Made by a program: the position numbers and the translations under genes
Notes under the pieces: model-generated
The model's database searches: none
What the model saw: only the letters and a program-made list of their open reading frames with translations
Told to the model about the DNA's origin: nothing
Shown here: one piece after another, positions 61,911 through 64,000 of the stretch
Layout: each line of letters opens with the position of its first letter
How positions within the stretch are numbered: the stretch's first letter is position 1
IMG/VR virus record: IMGVR_UViG_3300033121_001571
DNA: 64,000 nucleotides
Direction: 5' to 3' (one strand)
Origin: a virus
Taxonomy: Duplodnaviria; Caudoviricetes

Positions 61911-62279
61911 TCACTTACAGCTTTCCTTGAGCTTGGCGAAATCGTTCTCGAGAAGAGCCTTCTCCAGAGCGCTCTCGTGCTTCCCCAACGCCTCGCGAGC
62001 TTTCTTGATCTCCTCGAGACGAGCCTTGCTGTACATACCCTGTGCGGGCGAGCCGTCGGCGTTGAACAACTCGTTGTCCGGCTTATCGACCTTGCGAAGC
62101 TCGGTCATCAGATGGAAACGCTTCTGGAGTGCCTTATCGAGCAGCGCGACGCGCTCGCTGACCTCTTTCTCGACCATCGCATCGCGTAGTCGATTGTAAA
62201 CTTCCGGGCCTGAGTCCTTGATACGATTCGCCACGTCGGCAAGCAGACCCTGCGTCTTCGTCTCTTTCGTCTCGCTCAT
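61911..62279 (-). CDS. Helical hypothetical protein
   Basis: About 122-aa ORF with strong codon bias. Confidence 0.65.
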   Translation of the reverse strand: MSETKETKTQGLLADVANRIKDSGPEVYNRLRDAMVEKEVSERVALLDKALQKRFHLMTELRKVDKPDNELFNADGSPAQGMYSKARLEEIKKAREALGKHESALEKALLENDFAKLKESCK

Positions 62280-63216
62280 GATCATGTCCTATCGGTGTTG
62301 CACCCAGCAGGTGCATGGGGTGGAACGGTACACGCTTCTGACCTTGTCACGTGCCTCTTTGGCACGCTCAACAAGCTTTACCACTGAAAGGTACTCGGTA
62401 TCACTTACCGAAGTGATATAATCTGCGTACGTAAGACGCTGCTTCTGCTTCGTCAAGTGGATTTGTGCCTCTACGTACACTGACAAATATGTGGAATGTC
62501 GTTCACACGACAAGAGACCAAGACGGTCATCTTGAAGAAAATTCTCGAGAAGTCGAGGAAGCAACTCAGACGTAGCTTGATCAGCTCGAGACTTCACCTC
62601 TGCATCGAGTGCATCAAGAAGTTTCATCAAGAACCATCCTATCTCACGTAGAGGAGCAGTTCACTGTTTGATTGCAGTGAAGACTGCGGGATATCCTTCT
62701 GCGATAGACGCGAAACACTCGTCACTGTCACACACGGGCGTACGCTGCGTGAGCCCGATCTGAGTTTCGACAGTGCCAACTGCTTTCTTCTGGCAGTTGT
62801 ACACTCCCGAAACACCATTTTTCGTCTGGCGGCGTTTACCCTTGCACTTTTCTTTGGACATGAACAGACTTTACTCTGGTCACGTTCGTCGTTCACTCTC
62901 CCCCATCGCAGGCATCTCGCGAACGTCGTCACCCATGTCATGGTCCAGATAGGCGATGATCTTCTTTTCCATCTCTTTTAGATAGAGAAGTTCGCACCAT
63001 TCCTCCTCGTCGTTGAGATCCCAATCATTTATCTCGAGACGGTCTCTGATCAGGTTCAAGACGAAGTTAACTTCGTCTTCGTGAAAGATCAACACTTTTT
63101 CTGCCATGAAAAGATCTTATCTCTCGACGAGATAACTTGCACTCTTGATCTCCTCTTTGCTGCGATTCAAATGACAGCGATGTGAATCGTAGTTCTAGAT
63201 AGATTAAGTTCTGTTC

Positions 63217-63513
63217 ATGAAGAAGTGGAACGCCGAAGCCATCACGCTCCTGTTGGACACCAACGACAAGGCGGTCGAGCGAGCGATCCTCGTCCTCTTT
63301 CAGAGGCAGACGCTCGACGAGCAGGCTTCTCGCACCACTCGCTGGAACAACAAAGTGGGGTTCCGTGCAAACCACGCGAGCAAGGGCACCTACTACGCTA
63401 AGTGGATCAAGAGCGGCCGCCCCTTGACCGGTTACCACTTGGCCAATGCTCGCAAGATCACGAAGCAGTACACTCGCCAGCTCCTCGAAGCGATCGCTGA
63501 GAAACAGAAGTGA
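63217..63513 (+). CDS. Conserved phage hypothetical protein (leaderless)
   Basis: GTGAAT(63182)-17-TAAGTT-6-ATG; RAIL.LF.RQT.DEQ...N.VGF motif. Confidence 0.75.
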   Translation: MKKWNAEAITLLLDTNDKAVERAILVLFQRQTLDEQASRTTRWNNKVGFRANHASKGTYYAKWIKSGRPLTGYHLANARKITKQYTRQLLEAIAEKQK

Positions 63514-63562
63514 ACTCTGCTCCTGAGCGAGATAGTATCACTCAACAGGAAGGAAACGAATC

Positions 63563-63835
63563 ATGAAGAAACTCCGAGATCTCATGCTCCGCACCGAAGG
63601 CGAGGAGGCAGTGGAAAACCTCTGTGCAGTGTGCGAAGCGTTGCACAAGCCAGTTTTCAAGCAGTTGATCAACCGGAACGGCTCGTGCGTCTCGGCGCTC
63701 ACCGAGTTCCTCGCAGACAACCCTGGTGCCGTCGAGGTTCTTTTCGACTGGATCGAGGAGAACTACACGGATGAGCTCGACGACGAAGACATCGAGGACG
63801 ACGAAGACTGTGACGGAGAAGAAGACACCGAGTGA
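63563..63835 (+). CDS. Acidic-tailed hypothetical protein
   Basis: GGAAGG RBS; EFLADNPGAVE..FDWI. Confidence 0.7.
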   Translation: MKKLRDLMLRTEGEEAVENLCAVCEALHKPVFKQLINRNGSCVSALTEFLADNPGAVEVLFDWIEENYTDELDDEDIEDDEDCDGEEDTE

Positions 63836-63931
63836 ACCTTAGCTCTGGCTAGGGTACAACTAGACCATGGAAAACACGGTATTCAAGTCCTTCATCGGCA
63901 AGAAGATCGAGCTCATCCGCACCACCGCCCT

Positions 63932-63982
63932 GGTGCGCTTGCACAAAATGGAACCCACGGTTCCATTTTGTGCAAGCGCACC
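63932..63982. mobile_element. Perfect 24-bp-arm hairpin inserted in the ORF starting at 63867
   Basis: GGTGCGCTTGCACAAAATGGAACC-CAC-GGTTCCATTTTGTGCAAGCGCACC; CACCG is repeated at the junctions. Confidence 0.55.
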
Positions 63983-64000
63983 GACCCTTTCACCAGTCTC

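Noticed and set aside
1-64000. Stop-codon reassignment (alternative genetic code)
   Set aside because: Long conserved genes are intact in code 11, all three stops end genes, and no CTA, TCA or TTA anticodon tRNA was found. The one internal TGA is explained by a frameshift.

Overview
This window is a segment of a large (jumbo/huge-type) tailed phage genome read in the standard genetic code. (1) 1-5600 (+) holds virion structural and tail-fibre-like genes. (2) 5794-25856 (mostly -) is a translation and RNA-repair region: Rnl1-type RNA ligase, SLOG-NADAR fusion, DinG helicase, vWA/HEXXH protein, an HD domain related to CCA-adding enzymes, a sigma70 that lacks its region-4.2 helix-turn-helix, and two tRNA arrays (about 38 canonical tRNAs covering all 20 amino acids, plus several aberrant tRNA-like RNAs). 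(3) About 26-45.7 kb is an AT-rich run of small - strand ORFs, dozens of which start with a KOW/SH3-like 'KxGDL' motif. (4) A block of TGCTCGGGATTTTT repeats at about 45.7-46 kb marks a switch to a GC-richer region of short genes, many with a GTG(A/C/T)AN-17-TA promoter placed exactly 35 nt before the start codon (leaderless). The most notable items are missing from, or unexplained by, the ORF track. They are an RF1-like release factor interrupted by an RF2-type +1 frameshift cassette (AGAGG-TGT-CTT-TGA-C), two tandem circularly permuted tRNA-mimic (Y-RNA-like) RNAs in 21-26 bp closing stems, a 308-nt structured RNA with a candidate kissing loop, a tRNA-like RNA with two T-arms, and an apparently split sigma factor. 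All calls come from reading the sequence by eye; no searches or folding programs were run.
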